From Vicinamibacteria bacterium (GTDB lineage Bacteria; Acidobacteriota; Vicinamibacteria; Marinacidobacterales; Marinacidobacteraceae), in NCBI GenBank assembly GCA_963422395.1, contig OY729431.1:2368001-2432000 (forward strand): a stretch of DNA of 64,000 bases. The letters are read 5' to 3'. Below the pieces are notes generated by a model. The model did no database searches. It was given only the letters and a program-made list of their open reading frames with translations, and was not told where the DNA came from. The position numbers and the translations under genes are program-made. Of this stretch, positions 48,460 to 57,368 are shown one piece after another; position 1 is the first letter of the stretch; each line of letters starts with the position of its first letter.

Positions 48460-50058
48460 GTGGCCAAGTTCTCCCCCCGTACCCGATGGCTGCTCGGCGG
48501 CGGAGCCGCCGGAATCCTGATCCTGCTGCGGCTCGGGGGCGGCGGGTCCCCGGAGGCGGCGGACGCCGAGGAAACGGACAGCTTGCTTTCCCCCTGCTCT
48601 GTCGACAGAGACTCCCCCGGCGGGAGAGTGGAAGGCGGGCTCTGCGGAGTGGTCGAGGTCCCGGAGGACCGCGAAGACCCCGAAGGGCGTTCGATCGCGC
48701 TCTCCGTTCTCGTCCTCCCGGCCAGCGAGCAGGGCGGCGCGCCGGATCCGGTGTTCTTCCTGGCCGGTGGGCCGGGACAGGCCGCCACCGAGCTGGCGCC
48801 GAGGCTTCGAAGAGCTCTCGAAGATGTGCTTCGGCAGCGCGATTTCGTGTTCGTGGATCAGCGGGGAACCGGCGATTCCAACCCGCTGACCTGCGACTTC
48901 CTCGAAGGAGAGGATGCGGGGTCTCTCGAGAGCGTTCCGGAACTGTCCGAGGCCGACTGGCAGGAGTGCCTCGACTCTCTCGACGCGAGCCCGGAGCACT
49001 ACACCACCCCGGTCGCCATGGACGACCTCGAAGAGGTTCGAAAGGCGCTCGGCTACGGCCGGATCAACCTCTGGGGCGGCTCCTACGGCACCCGCGCCGC
49101 CACCGTCTTCCTCCGCCGGCATCCCGAGAGCGTGCGCTCGGTGGTCCTCGACGGAATGGCCCCGGTGGACATGCGGATCCCGCTCTCCTTCGCCGAGGAC
49201 GGGCAGCGGGCACTGAACCTGCTTCTCGACGACTGCGCCGCGGATGCGGATTGTGCGGCGCGCTTCCCCGGACTCGCCGGTTCCATCGAAACACTGCTCG
49301 CGAGCCTCGACCAGGACCCGCCGCGCCGCTTCCGCGTCCGCCATCCCCGAACCGGCGACTGGGAGGAGGTGCCCATCCGGCGCGAGCTGGCGGCCGGGGT
49401 GCTGCGCTTCCTGCTCTACCGCCCCGCCTACGCGGCACTGGTGCCGCTGCTGGTGGAAAGTGCGCTCGACGGCGACTTCGGCCCCATGATCGCCCTCGCC
49501 GACCCCGCGGTCGGACCCCGGATGACGATCGGCATGTTCTTGTCGGTGGTATGCGCCGAGGACGCTCCATTCCTGACCGTCGAAGAAGCCGCACGCGCCG
49601 CCGAAGAGAGCTTCCTCGACGAATTCATGGTCGAGCAGATCCTTTCGGCGTGCTCGGTCTGGCCGCGCGGCGAGCTGCCGGCGGGATACCGGGAACCGGT
49701 GCGCTCCGAAGCGCCGGTCCTCATCCTGTCGGGGGCCCTCGACCCGGTGACTCCTCCCCGCTGGGGCGAACATGCGGCGGCGACCCTTCCGAATTCTCGG
49801 CATTCGATCGTCCCCGGCGCGGGTCACGGCACTCTGTCGGCGGGGTGCGTGCCGGAACTGATCGCCGGGTTCCTCGACTCCGCCGACCCTGCGGGTCTCA
49901 GCACCGATTGCGTCTCCGAGGTCGGGCGCCCCCCTTTCTGGCGCTCGGCCACCGGACCGGATGCCGCGGTCTCCGGGAATCCCGAAAGCGAAAACCCGGC
50001 AACCGACGAGCCAGCGACCGGCGGGCCAGCGACTGGGGATCGCCGCTCCGACCCATGA
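48460..50058 (+). CDS. Alpha/beta hydrolase, TAP-like peptidase
   Basis: LAGGPGQ, DQRGTG, GGSYGT, DPVTP, GHG. Confidence 0.92.
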   Translation: MAKFSPRTRWLLGGGAAGILILLRLGGGGSPEAADAEETDSLLSPCSVDRDSPGGRVEGGLCGVVEVPEDREDPEGRSIALSVLVLPASEQGGAPDPVFFLAGGPGQAATELAPRLRRALEDVLRQRDFVFVDQRGTGDSNPLTCDFLEGEDAGSLESVPELSEADWQECLDSLDASPEHYTTPVAMDDLEEVRKALGYGRINLWGGSYGTRAATVFLRRHPESVRSVVLDGMAPVDMRIPLSFAEDGQRALNLLLDDCAADADCAARFPGLAGSIETLLASLDQDPPRRFRVRHPRTGDWEEVPIRRELAAGVLRFLLYRPAYAALVPLLVESALDGDFGPMIALADPAVGPRMTIGMFLSVVCAEDAPFLTVEEAARAAEESFLDEFMVEQILSACSVWPRGELPAGYREPVRSEAPVLILSGALDPVTPPRWGEHAAATLPNSRHSIVPGAGHGTLSAGCVPELIAGFLDSADPAGLSTDCVSEVGRPPFWRSATGPDAAVSGNPESENPATDEPATGGPATGDRRSDP

Positions 50059-50810
50059 TCGAAGTCTCCGGTCTCAGGAAGACCTTCGGCAGCGTGGTCG
50101 CCGTGGACGAGGTGAGCTTCCGCGCCGGCGACGGACAGATCACCGGGCTCCTCGGCCCGAACGGCGCCGGCAAATCCACCACCCTGCGGATGCTCTACGG
50201 CCTCATGACCCCCGAAGCCGGCGAGGTTCGGGTGGACGGCGTGGATGGACGGCGCGAGCCCCTGGCCGCCCAGGCGACGATCGGGGCGCTTCCGGATACC
50301 CACGCGCTCTACCCGCGGCTGAGCGGACGAGAGAACATCCGCTACTTCGCCCAGCTGCGCCGGATTCCGCCCGAGGACGCCGCCTCGCGAACCGACGAGT
50401 ACATCCGCCTGCTGGAAATGGGCGACTTCGTGGACCGGCGGGCGAAGGGGTACTCCCACGGCGAACGCTCCCGCGTGCTGCTCGCCCGGGCGCTCATCCA
50501 CGAGCCCCGGAATGTCCTTCTCGACGAGCCGACGAACGGCCTCGATGTGATGAGCACGCGGCGGATGCGGGGCATGATCCGACAGCTGCGGGACCGGGGC
50601 CGCGCGGTGCTGTTTTCGAGCCACATCATGCAGGAGGTCTCGCTCCTGTGCGACCGGATCGTGATCATCGCTGCCGGACGGGTGGTCGCCGAGGGATCCC
50701 CGGACGAGATCCGCAGGGCGGCAGGGCGCGAAGATCTGGAGGAGGCGTTCGTACAGCTCACCGGACCGGCGTCCGAATCGGCGTCCGAATCGGCGTCCGA
50801 GGCCGCCTGA
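50055..50810 (+). CDS. ABC ATP-binding protein, NatA-like
   Basis: LLGPNGAGKSTTLR, LDEPTNGLDV, FSSHIMQEV. Confidence 0.93.
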   Translation: MIEVSGLRKTFGSVVAVDEVSFRAGDGQITGLLGPNGAGKSTTLRMLYGLMTPEAGEVRVDGVDGRREPLAAQATIGALPDTHALYPRLSGRENIRYFAQLRRIPPEDAASRTDEYIRLLEMGDFVDRRAKGYSHGERSRVLLARALIHEPRNVLLDEPTNGLDVMSTRRMRGMIRQLRDRGRAVLFSSHIMQEVSLLCDRIVIIAAGRVVAEGSPDEIRRAAGREDLEEAFVQLTGPASESASESASEAA

Positions 50811-50823
50811 GGAACAGCGGACC

Positions 50824-51987
50824 ATGGGAACCGCCGGCGTCGTCTTCCGAAAGGAGCTGCTCGAAGGAATCCGCGACCGGCGGGCCCTCGTCGCCGTGGT
50901 CCTCTCGATCAGCATCTTCCCCGTGCTGGTGCTGTTCATGGGCCGGTTCAGCCGGGGAGTCCGCGATGAGGCGCGCAACCTGACCCTCCCCGTCGCGGGC
51001 GCGGAGCGCGCCCCCGCACTCGTCGAATGGCTCGACCGGCAGCCGGGTCTGGCGATCGACGAGGCGCCGGGGGACCCGGCGACCGCAGTGCGGGACCGGG
51101 AGACCGACCTGGTGCTCCGGATCCCCGACGACTACGCGGAGCAGTTCGCCGAGGGCCGGCCAGCGGAGGTCGAGCTGATCGCCGACAGTTCGCGCGCCAC
51201 CGGCTCGGTCAAGATGCGGCGGGTCACCGGGCTCCTCGAAGCCTACGGACAGGAGGTCGCCGCCCTGCGGCTGATCAGCCGCGGTGTCAGCCCTCTGCTG
51301 GCGCGTCCGATCGCGGTCGAACGCGCCGAGGTCTTCAGCGAGCGGCGGCGGGCGGTGTTCTCGGCGCTGGGATTCATCCCGATGTTCCTGCTGATGAACG
51401 CCTTCTTCGGCGGCATGCAGATCTCTGCCGACGCCATCGCCGGCGAACGCGAGCGCGGATCCATCGAGGCGCTGCTCATCAACGCCGCGCCGGCGCGCCT
51501 GCTGGTCTTCGGCAAGTGGGCGGCCGCCTCCTCGTTCGCGGTCTTCCTGACCCTGCTCGGCCTTTTGACCTGCGTCGTGGTGCTGCGGTTCCTGCCCGGC
51601 GCGCTGAACATCTCCCCAACGGTGGCCGACTGGCTGATGGTGGCGCTGCTGGCGACCCCTCTCGCGCTCTTCTGTTCCGCGCTGCAGGTGGTCGTCGCCA
51701 CCTACGCCAAGTCCTACAAGGAAGCGCAGACCTATTTCGGCTATCTGGTTTTCTTGCCGATGCTCCCCTTCTTCGCGGTCACCTTCCAGTGGGTGGAGCA
51801 GGGATCCTGGGCATCCTTCCTGCCGATCCTCGGCCAGCACCTGATGATCCTCGGCGTGGTCGCCGGCGAACCGGCAGCAGGTTGGGAACTGGCGTTCGCC
51901 GGAGCGTTGGCGCTCGGCGCCGCCTGGGGCCTGCTGCGCTTCGCCGCATCACTCTTCACCCGCGAGAGCGTCGTCTTCGTCCGCTGA
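50824..51987 (+). CDS. ABC permease, NatB-like
   Basis: KELLEGIRDRR, IAGERERGSIEALL, AKSYKEAQ. Confidence 0.92.
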   Translation: MGTAGVVFRKELLEGIRDRRALVAVVLSISIFPVLVLFMGRFSRGVRDEARNLTLPVAGAERAPALVEWLDRQPGLAIDEAPGDPATAVRDRETDLVLRIPDDYAEQFAEGRPAEVELIADSSRATGSVKMRRVTGLLEAYGQEVAALRLISRGVSPLLARPIAVERAEVFSERRRAVFSALGFIPMFLLMNAFFGGMQISADAIAGERERGSIEALLINAAPARLLVFGKWAAASSFAVFLTLLGLLTCVVVLRFLPGALNISPTVADWLMVALLATPLALFCSALQVVVATYAKSYKEAQTYFGYLVFLPMLPFFAVTFQWVEQGSWASFLPILGQHLMILGVVAGEPAAGWELAFAGALALGAAWGLLRFAASLFTRESVVFVR

Positions 51988-52659
51988 GCGGACCGCCGCC
52001 AGCGCCTGGATCCGGCGGCCTTCGAGCCGGTACTTGCGCTCGAAGTTGGATCCCGCGAGTTCGCCCAGGTCCTGACGCGCCGATACCGGCGGCTCGTAGG
52101 GGTGGCGGGCGAGACGCGGGCGGGCGGCGAGAACCTCTTCGACCCGGGCGAAGTAGTCGGCGTCGTCGGTCACCACATAGAGCGCCCCCCCGGGAGCGAG
52201 TGCCCGCTCGGCGGCAGCGAGAAAGTCCGGCTGGAGCAGGAGCCGGCGGTGGGCGTGGCGCCGCTTCGGCCAGGGATCGGGGAAGAACACCCGGATCGCG
52301 GCCAGCGAGCCGGGAAGAAGCGCGTCGAGCGTCCCGGTCGCCTCCCCCAGGACGATCCGGGCATTCCGCCGCTCCCGCCGCCGCAGCCGGTCCGCCGCGT
52401 AGAGCCAGTAGCGGCGGGCCCGCTCCACTCCGAGGAAGAGGGTGTCGGGGCGGGCCTCTCCCTCGGCGATCAGGAAAGAACCCTTGCCGGAGCCGATCTC
52501 GAGTTCGAGGGGAGCAGCAGCAGGGGCAGCCGCAGGGCCGCCGGCGAGGCCGCGGCCGAAGAGCTGCTCCCGGTCGAGCGGCCGCGCGAGTTCCTCGAGG
52601 TCGAAGCCGTAGCCGGTCGGGTCGGCGTCCCGCCGGCTGCGGATGTGGCTGCGGCCCAT
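51949..52659 (-). CDS. trmB: tRNA (guanine-N7)-methyltransferase
   Basis: LEIGSGKG, FPDPWPKRRHAHRRL, VTDDADY, SNFERKY. Confidence 0.95.
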   Translation of the reverse strand: MGRSHIRSRRDADPTGYGFDLEELARPLDREQLFGRGLAGGPAAAPAAAPLELEIGSGKGSFLIAEGEARPDTLFLGVERARRYWLYAADRLRRRERRNARIVLGEATGTLDALLPGSLAAIRVFFPDPWPKRRHAHRRLLLQPDFLAAAERALAPGGALYVVTDDADYFARVEEVLAARPRLARHPYEPPVSARQDLGELAGSNFERKYRLEGRRIQALAAVRSADEDDALAGEE

Positions 52660-52684
52660 CCGCCGGAGAACCGCTCGCCGGAGA

Positions 52685-53497
52685 TCAGCGGCTCCGGCGC
52701 TGCGTGAAGAGCCACTCGTAGAGGCCCTGCTCGCGGTACGCCGGCACCCAGGAATCGTGCGCGACGCCGGGATACTCGGTGTAGCGGGGGGCCGCTCCTG
52801 CCGCTTCGAGCGCCTCCGCCATCCGGCGGGACTCGTCGGCGGGCACCCGGCGGTCCTCGGCGCCGTGGAAGATCCAGACCGGAATCCCGGCGACCACCCG
52901 CGCCGTCTCCGCCCAGGGATCCTCCGGACGAACCGCCGCCGGATGCCAATCGGGCACCGGAAGCCGCGTGCGCACCGCAGAAACGCCGCCGCAGACCGGA
53001 ACCAGAGCGGCGAATCGCTCCGGGTAGCGGTAGGCGAACGCCCAAGTCCCGTAACCGCCGAGCGAGAGCCCGGTGAGGTAGGTGCGGTCCGGGTCCCCGC
53101 CGAATTCGGCGACCGCAGCCTCGAGCGCGCCCATCGCCAGAGCCTCGATCTCCGGGCTCCCCCACCAGGCGTCTCGCGGGGACTGCGGCAGGACCACCAG
53201 CGCGGGAAAGTCGGGCTGCTCCCGCAGGACCGCCGGCAGCCCGATCGAGGTCTGCCGCTCGCCGTCCACGCCGCGCTCGCCGGCGCCGTGGAGGAAGAGG
53301 ACGACCGGCGGGTTCGTCTCTTCTCCCGAGAGAACCCGGCCGGGCACGAAGACCTGCCAGCGGTGGCTCCTGCCTTCCACCTCGGTGGTCCGAGAGAGGA
53401 ACCGGCCCGGTTCGGCACTCCCTTCGGGGCCCTCTCGGGAGAACGCCGCCCCGGTCAACAGGAGACCCGGAACGAGCCCGGCGGCGACGAGACGCAT
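52685..53497 (-). CDS. Secreted esterase/peptidase (alpha/beta hydrolase)
   Basis: LFLHGAGERG, TGLSLGGYG, WIFHGAED, HDSW. Confidence 0.9.
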   Translation of the reverse strand: MRLVAAGLVPGLLLTGAAFSREGPEGSAEPGRFLSRTTEVEGRSHRWQVFVPGRVLSGEETNPPVVLFLHGAGERGVDGERQTSIGLPAVLREQPDFPALVVLPQSPRDAWWGSPEIEALAMGALEAAVAEFGGDPDRTYLTGLSLGGYGTWAFAYRYPERFAALVPVCGGVSAVRTRLPVPDWHPAAVRPEDPWAETARVVAGIPVWIFHGAEDRRVPADESRRMAEALEAAGAAPRYTEYPGVAHDSWVPAYREQGLYEWLFTQRRSR

Positions 53498-53591
53498 CCT
53501 CGTGGATGCTACCGCTGCCAGCCCTCCCGTCGGCCCCTCCCCTCGGTCCCAGCCGCTTCGGAAAACCAGGTTCGGACCGCCGCCGCGAGGC

Positions 53592-53597
53592 TAGAAT
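53592..53597 (+). promoter_or_regulatory. -10-like element, probable leaderless or short-leader transcript
   Basis: TAGAAT 8 nt before ATG 53606, with no SD between. Confidence 0.45.
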
Positions 53598-53605
53598 TCT
53601 CCACC

Positions 53606-54106
53606 ATGACGATCGCCGAAGGATTCGCCGTCGAGTTTTCTAGGGAGGCAGCCGCTACCCGCAAGTTCCTCGAACGCTTCGAAGCGGAACATGCGGATTG
53701 GAAGCCCCACGAAAAGTCCATGTCCATGTCCCGGCTGGCCAGCCATGTGGTGGAGTGCCCCGACTGGGGCGTCAGCATGCTGGACGCCGATCATTACGAC
53801 TTCGCTTCCGGCGATTACCAGCCGGGCCAGTGGAAGACGGCAGCCGAGCTGGTCGAAAACCACGACCGGATCGGAGCGGGCTTCCTGAAGCACCTCGAAG
53901 GGAAGTCCGACGAGTTCATGCGCCAGAACTGGCGACTGCTGCATGGCGGAAAGGTGCTCATGGAGATGACCCGCGAAGCCGCGGTGCGGGAGTTCATCCT
54001 GAGCCATGGGATCCACCACCGCGGCCAGCTGAGCGTGTACTACCGGCTCGTCGGAATCCCGGTCCCGGGGCCCTATGGGCCGTCGGCCGACGAACGGGAC
54101 GAATAG
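53606..54106 (+). CDS. DinB-superfamily protein
   Basis: WKPHEKSM...LASHV, HGIHHRGQLSVYYRL, VPGPYGPSADE. Confidence 0.92.
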   Translation: MTIAEGFAVEFSREAAATRKFLERFEAEHADWKPHEKSMSMSRLASHVVECPDWGVSMLDADHYDFASGDYQPGQWKTAAELVENHDRIGAGFLKHLEGKSDEFMRQNWRLLHGGKVLMEMTREAAVREFILSHGIHHRGQLSVYYRLVGIPVPGPYGPSADERDE

Positions 54107-55413
54107 CGGAAACGAAAAGCAGAACCGCGCTCGTCCTCGGGGCCGGGGCGATCGGACTTTCCTGCGCCTACTTCCTCAGGCGCGCCGGCTGGGAAGTCAC
54201 CGTCCTCGACCGGGGCGAGCCGGGGCGCGGCGCGACCGAGGGCACCGCCGGACTCCTGTGCCCGGCCCATTCCCAGCCGCTTCCCGGGCCCGGGGTCCTC
54301 CTCCAGGCGCTCCGCTGGATGTTTCGCCGGGACAGCCCGTTCCACATTCGCTGGCGCGCCGATCCTCGGCTCCTCGGCTGGCTGGCAGGCTTCGCGCGCG
54401 CCTCGACCCGCGCCCGCTCGCGAGCCGGGTTCACCGCCACCTGCGCCCTCTCCTCATCGAGCCTGCGCCTCTTCGAAGAGGTCCTGGGGCGCGGCGACGC
54501 CGACTTCTTCTTCGAGAAGGGGGGCGGCTGGCTGGCGTTCCTGACCGATCGGGGGCTCGCCCGCGGACGGGACGAGGCGGAAGAACTGCGGCGCCGAGGC
54601 TTCCCGGTGGAGCTCCTCGAAGACGGGGCCCTCCGGGAGCGCGAGCCCGCATTCGCCGCGGCGGTGCGCGGCGCGGTCTTCCTCCCCGGCGACGCCCACG
54701 GGCTGAGCCTGGGGTTCGCCGAGTCGCTGGCCGGGACGCTCGGGCGGCAGGGGGTCGTCTTCGAGATCGGGCTATCGGCCGAACGACTGCTGCTCCACCG
54801 AAGAAGAGTGCGGGGCGCCGAAGTGGTGACCGAAGCCGGCGCTCGTGAGGAACGCCTCGCCGACGAGACGATCCTCGCGCTCGGCGCCCGCTCGCCGGAA
54901 CTCGCCCGGACCGCCGGGGTTCGGTTGCCGATCCTGCCCGCCAAGGGGTACAGCGCGACGGTCCGCCGGTTCGCGGGGGCGCCGTCCCTCCCGATCACGG
55001 TAGCGGAACGCAAGATGATCATCACTCCCCTCGAGGATCGGGTGCGCTTCGCCGGAACCCTCGAACTCGCCGGATTCGACCCCCGGCTCGACCCGCGCCG
55101 CTACCAGGCGGTCCTCGCCGGAGCCCAGGCCGCCCTCGCGGCAGAGATCCCCCTTCGGGACGAAACGCCCTGGATCGGCTTCCGCCCCCTCACTCCGGAC
55201 AGCCTGCCGATCATCGGGCGTCCACCCCGCCGGGCCGGGCTCCTGATCGCCGCCGGCCACGGAATGCTCGGCTTCACCCAGTCTCTCGGCACCGGATCGC
55301 TGGTCCGGGAACTCGCCGACGGCACGGCGCCGAGCGTGGACCCGGCCCCTTTCGCGCCCTACCGCAGCGTGTTCGGACGAGCCGCAGACCCTCGGGTGCG
55401 GAGGAGGAGGTAG
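54103..55413 (+). CDS. D-amino acid dehydrogenase-like FAD oxidoreductase (probable ATA start)
   Basis: VLGAGAIGL, PAKGYS, RFAGTLE, GFRPLTPDSLPIIG, GHGMLG. Confidence 0.9.
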   Translation: MAETKSRTALVLGAGAIGLSCAYFLRRAGWEVTVLDRGEPGRGATEGTAGLLCPAHSQPLPGPGVLLQALRWMFRRDSPFHIRWRADPRLLGWLAGFARASTRARSRAGFTATCALSSSSLRLFEEVLGRGDADFFFEKGGGWLAFLTDRGLARGRDEAEELRRRGFPVELLEDGALREREPAFAAAVRGAVFLPGDAHGLSLGFAESLAGTLGRQGVVFEIGLSAERLLLHRRRVRGAEVVTEAGAREERLADETILALGARSPELARTAGVRLPILPAKGYSATVRRFAGAPSLPITVAERKMIITPLEDRVRFAGTLELAGFDPRLDPRRYQAVLAGAQAALAAEIPLRDETPWIGFRPLTPDSLPIIGRPPRRAGLLIAAGHGMLGFTQSLGTGSLVRELADGTAPSVDPAPFAPYRSVFGRAADPRVRRRR

Positions 55414-56513
55414 TCGGCGAAGCTGGGAATCCCCATTTCCCAGACCGCCGACGAGGTCTCCCACACCACCCCGAGGTCGCGCAGGCGGGCGAGCAGCGAA
55501 ACCCAGTCCAGAGGGACGGATTTCCGGGCGGCGATCTCCCGAAGGAGCGGCATGAGCTCGCCGTCGCCGAGCCGTCCGCCGCGGCGGAGGATGCGGTCCG
55601 CGAGCGGGGCGAGAGCTTCGGCGACTTCGCGCTCCCGGGCCTCATCGAACCGCTCCTGGTAGAACCGTTCCACGGCGGCGGCTGCCGAGGCGGCCGCTGC
55701 CTCCGCCACCCGGGGGCCGACCCCGGCCTCGTCGTTTCGGGCAGCCGCCTCCCAGACGGCACTCCCGAACAGCTGGACGAAATAGGGATACCGCTGCGAC
55801 TTCTCCACCAGGAAGTCCAGTGCGTCCTCGGCGATCCGGCAGCCGCCGGCCGCAGCCGGTTTGGCCAGTGCGGCGGCAGCGGCGGCAGCGTCGAGCCGGC
55901 CGATCGGAAACCGCTCGAAAGCGCGCTCAGCGAAGGTCCCGGCACCCCGAATCCTCCTCGGTGCGTCCGGCGTTCCGGCGGCGACGACCCAGAAGGGCAG
56001 CTGGTCGGCAACGGAATTCTGGACCGCTTCGAAGAACATTCGGCCCACCTCGGGAGCCGCGGTCTGGACTTCGTCCAGGACGACCACCAGCGGCGGCGAT
56101 TCCACCAGCACCCAGGCCGCGAACAGCCGAGACACCTCCCCGGTGGGAGGCGCCCGTTCCGCAGCTGCGCCCAGGGGACCCAACTGCATACCGGTCAGCC
56201 GGCCCTCCAAAAGCCGGGCGCGTTCTTGCAGCGAACGAACCAGCCGTTCTTCCCTGCGGAGCGCCGCGGCTGGAAGGCGCTCGGCCCGCATCCCCAGCTC
56301 CCGGGCGCGCTCCGCGATGCGCTCCGCCAGCACCGTCTTGCCGTTCCCCCGCGGCCCGTAGAGGAGGAACCCCTGCGGCGGAGCCGTCCCGCCGGCGAGT
56401 TGCCGGAGCCGCTGCTCGGCGCTCGCGAGTTCGCCGTCGCGCCCCGCCAGCAAAGGGGGCATCTGGCCAGCGCCCGGCCGGAACGGGTTCTCGCGCGCTC
56501 CCGCCCGAACCAT
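55359..56513 (-). CDS. AAA-type P-loop ATPase
   Basis: NPFRPGAG..PPLLAGR, YGPRGNGKT, VVLDEVQ, YPYFVQ, IPSFADY. Confidence 0.88.
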   Translation of the reverse strand: MVRAGARENPFRPGAGQMPPLLAGRDGELASAEQRLRQLAGGTAPPQGFLLYGPRGNGKTVLAERIAERARELGMRAERLPAAALRREERLVRSLQERARLLEGRLTGMQLGPLGAAAERAPPTGEVSRLFAAWVLVESPPLVVVLDEVQTAAPEVGRMFFEAVQNSVADQLPFWVVAAGTPDAPRRIRGAGTFAERAFERFPIGRLDAAAAAAALAKPAAAGGCRIAEDALDFLVEKSQRYPYFVQLFGSAVWEAAARNDEAGVGPRVAEAAAASAAAAVERFYQERFDEAREREVAEALAPLADRILRRGGRLGDGELMPLLREIAARKSVPLDWVSLLARLRDLGVVWETSSAVWEMGIPSFADYLLLRTRGSAARPNTLR

Positions 56514-56581
56514 GAGCGAAGCCTACCCAGCATGCCCGAGGCACGGGCGAAGTGGCGGCAGGCGGGTGGGGAGCGGGACGG

Positions 56582-57244
56582 CTATCTCGCAGCGGCGGAC
56601 AACCGCCGCCCGAGCACCAAAACCACGACCGCCCCGTACAGAGCGCCCAGCAACGCCCCGAAGAGGGCGCCGAACAAGGGGGTTCCCCCATCGAATCGGA
56701 AGGCCGCCCCTGCCGCCGCCGTCACCACCGCCGCTGCGGCGAACCCCCCGGCGCTGGCGGCGGCTAACCGGCCTGCCCCCGGGACGCACCGCCGCAGGAC
56801 CCCCCAGTGCGCGAGGAGGAAGGCCGCGAGCCCGACGACGACGGCAGCCGCGGCCGCAACAGCAGCCGCCGAACCCGGGGCCCCGCTTCCAGCGGGGGGC
56901 ATCCCCTGGAGCACGGCGAAGGCGGAAGCGGCCGCCGCCGCACCCGCCGCCGCACCCGCCGCCGGCCAGCGAGCCGCCCAGGAGACCCGGCCGCGCAGCA
57001 GCGGCCACTGCGCCAGCGCGACCCCGCCCAGCACCCCACCCCCGGCCACTGCACCGACGACGGCCTCGCCGACGACGGCGCCGAGCGCCCCGTGCGCCGC
57101 GCCTCCCACCAGATAGGAGAGCGGCCGCGCCACCGCTGCGGCAGCGGCCATCCCCGCCGCACTCGCCAGAATCCAGAGGACCCGAAAGCGGCTGCTATCC
57201 AGTCCACCCTCCGGCGCCCCCGCTTCCCCGACTGCCGCGCCCAT
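56582..57244 (-). CDS. Ala/Gly-rich multi-TM hypothetical protein
   Basis: Several hydrophobic segments; repeated AQWPLLR / AHWGVLRR motif. Confidence 0.7.
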   Translation of the reverse strand: MGAAVGEAGAPEGGLDSSRFRVLWILASAAGMAAAAAVARPLSYLVGGAAHGALGAVVGEAVVGAVAGGGVLGGVALAQWPLLRGRVSWAARWPAAGAAAGAAAAASAFAVLQGMPPAGSGAPGSAAAVAAAAAVVVGLAAFLLAHWGVLRRCVPGAGRLAAASAGGFAAAAVVTAAAGAAFRFDGGTPLFGALFGALLGALYGAVVVLVLGRRLSAAAR

Positions 57245-57368
57245 GACCGCCGCAGCCTACCGCACGGACGAAGGGGCGATGATCAGACCCCTGCCGGACA
57301 CCTCAAGGAAACTGGACCCCGGAAAACGCTTCCCCGCTATCCCCTCGAATCACGCTCACGCTCCCTGC

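Noticed and set aside
50768-50800. 12-bp tandem repeat (ASES x3); similar short duplications at 8111-8153 and 38841-38868
   Set aside because: Short slippage repeats at gene ends with no sign of function.
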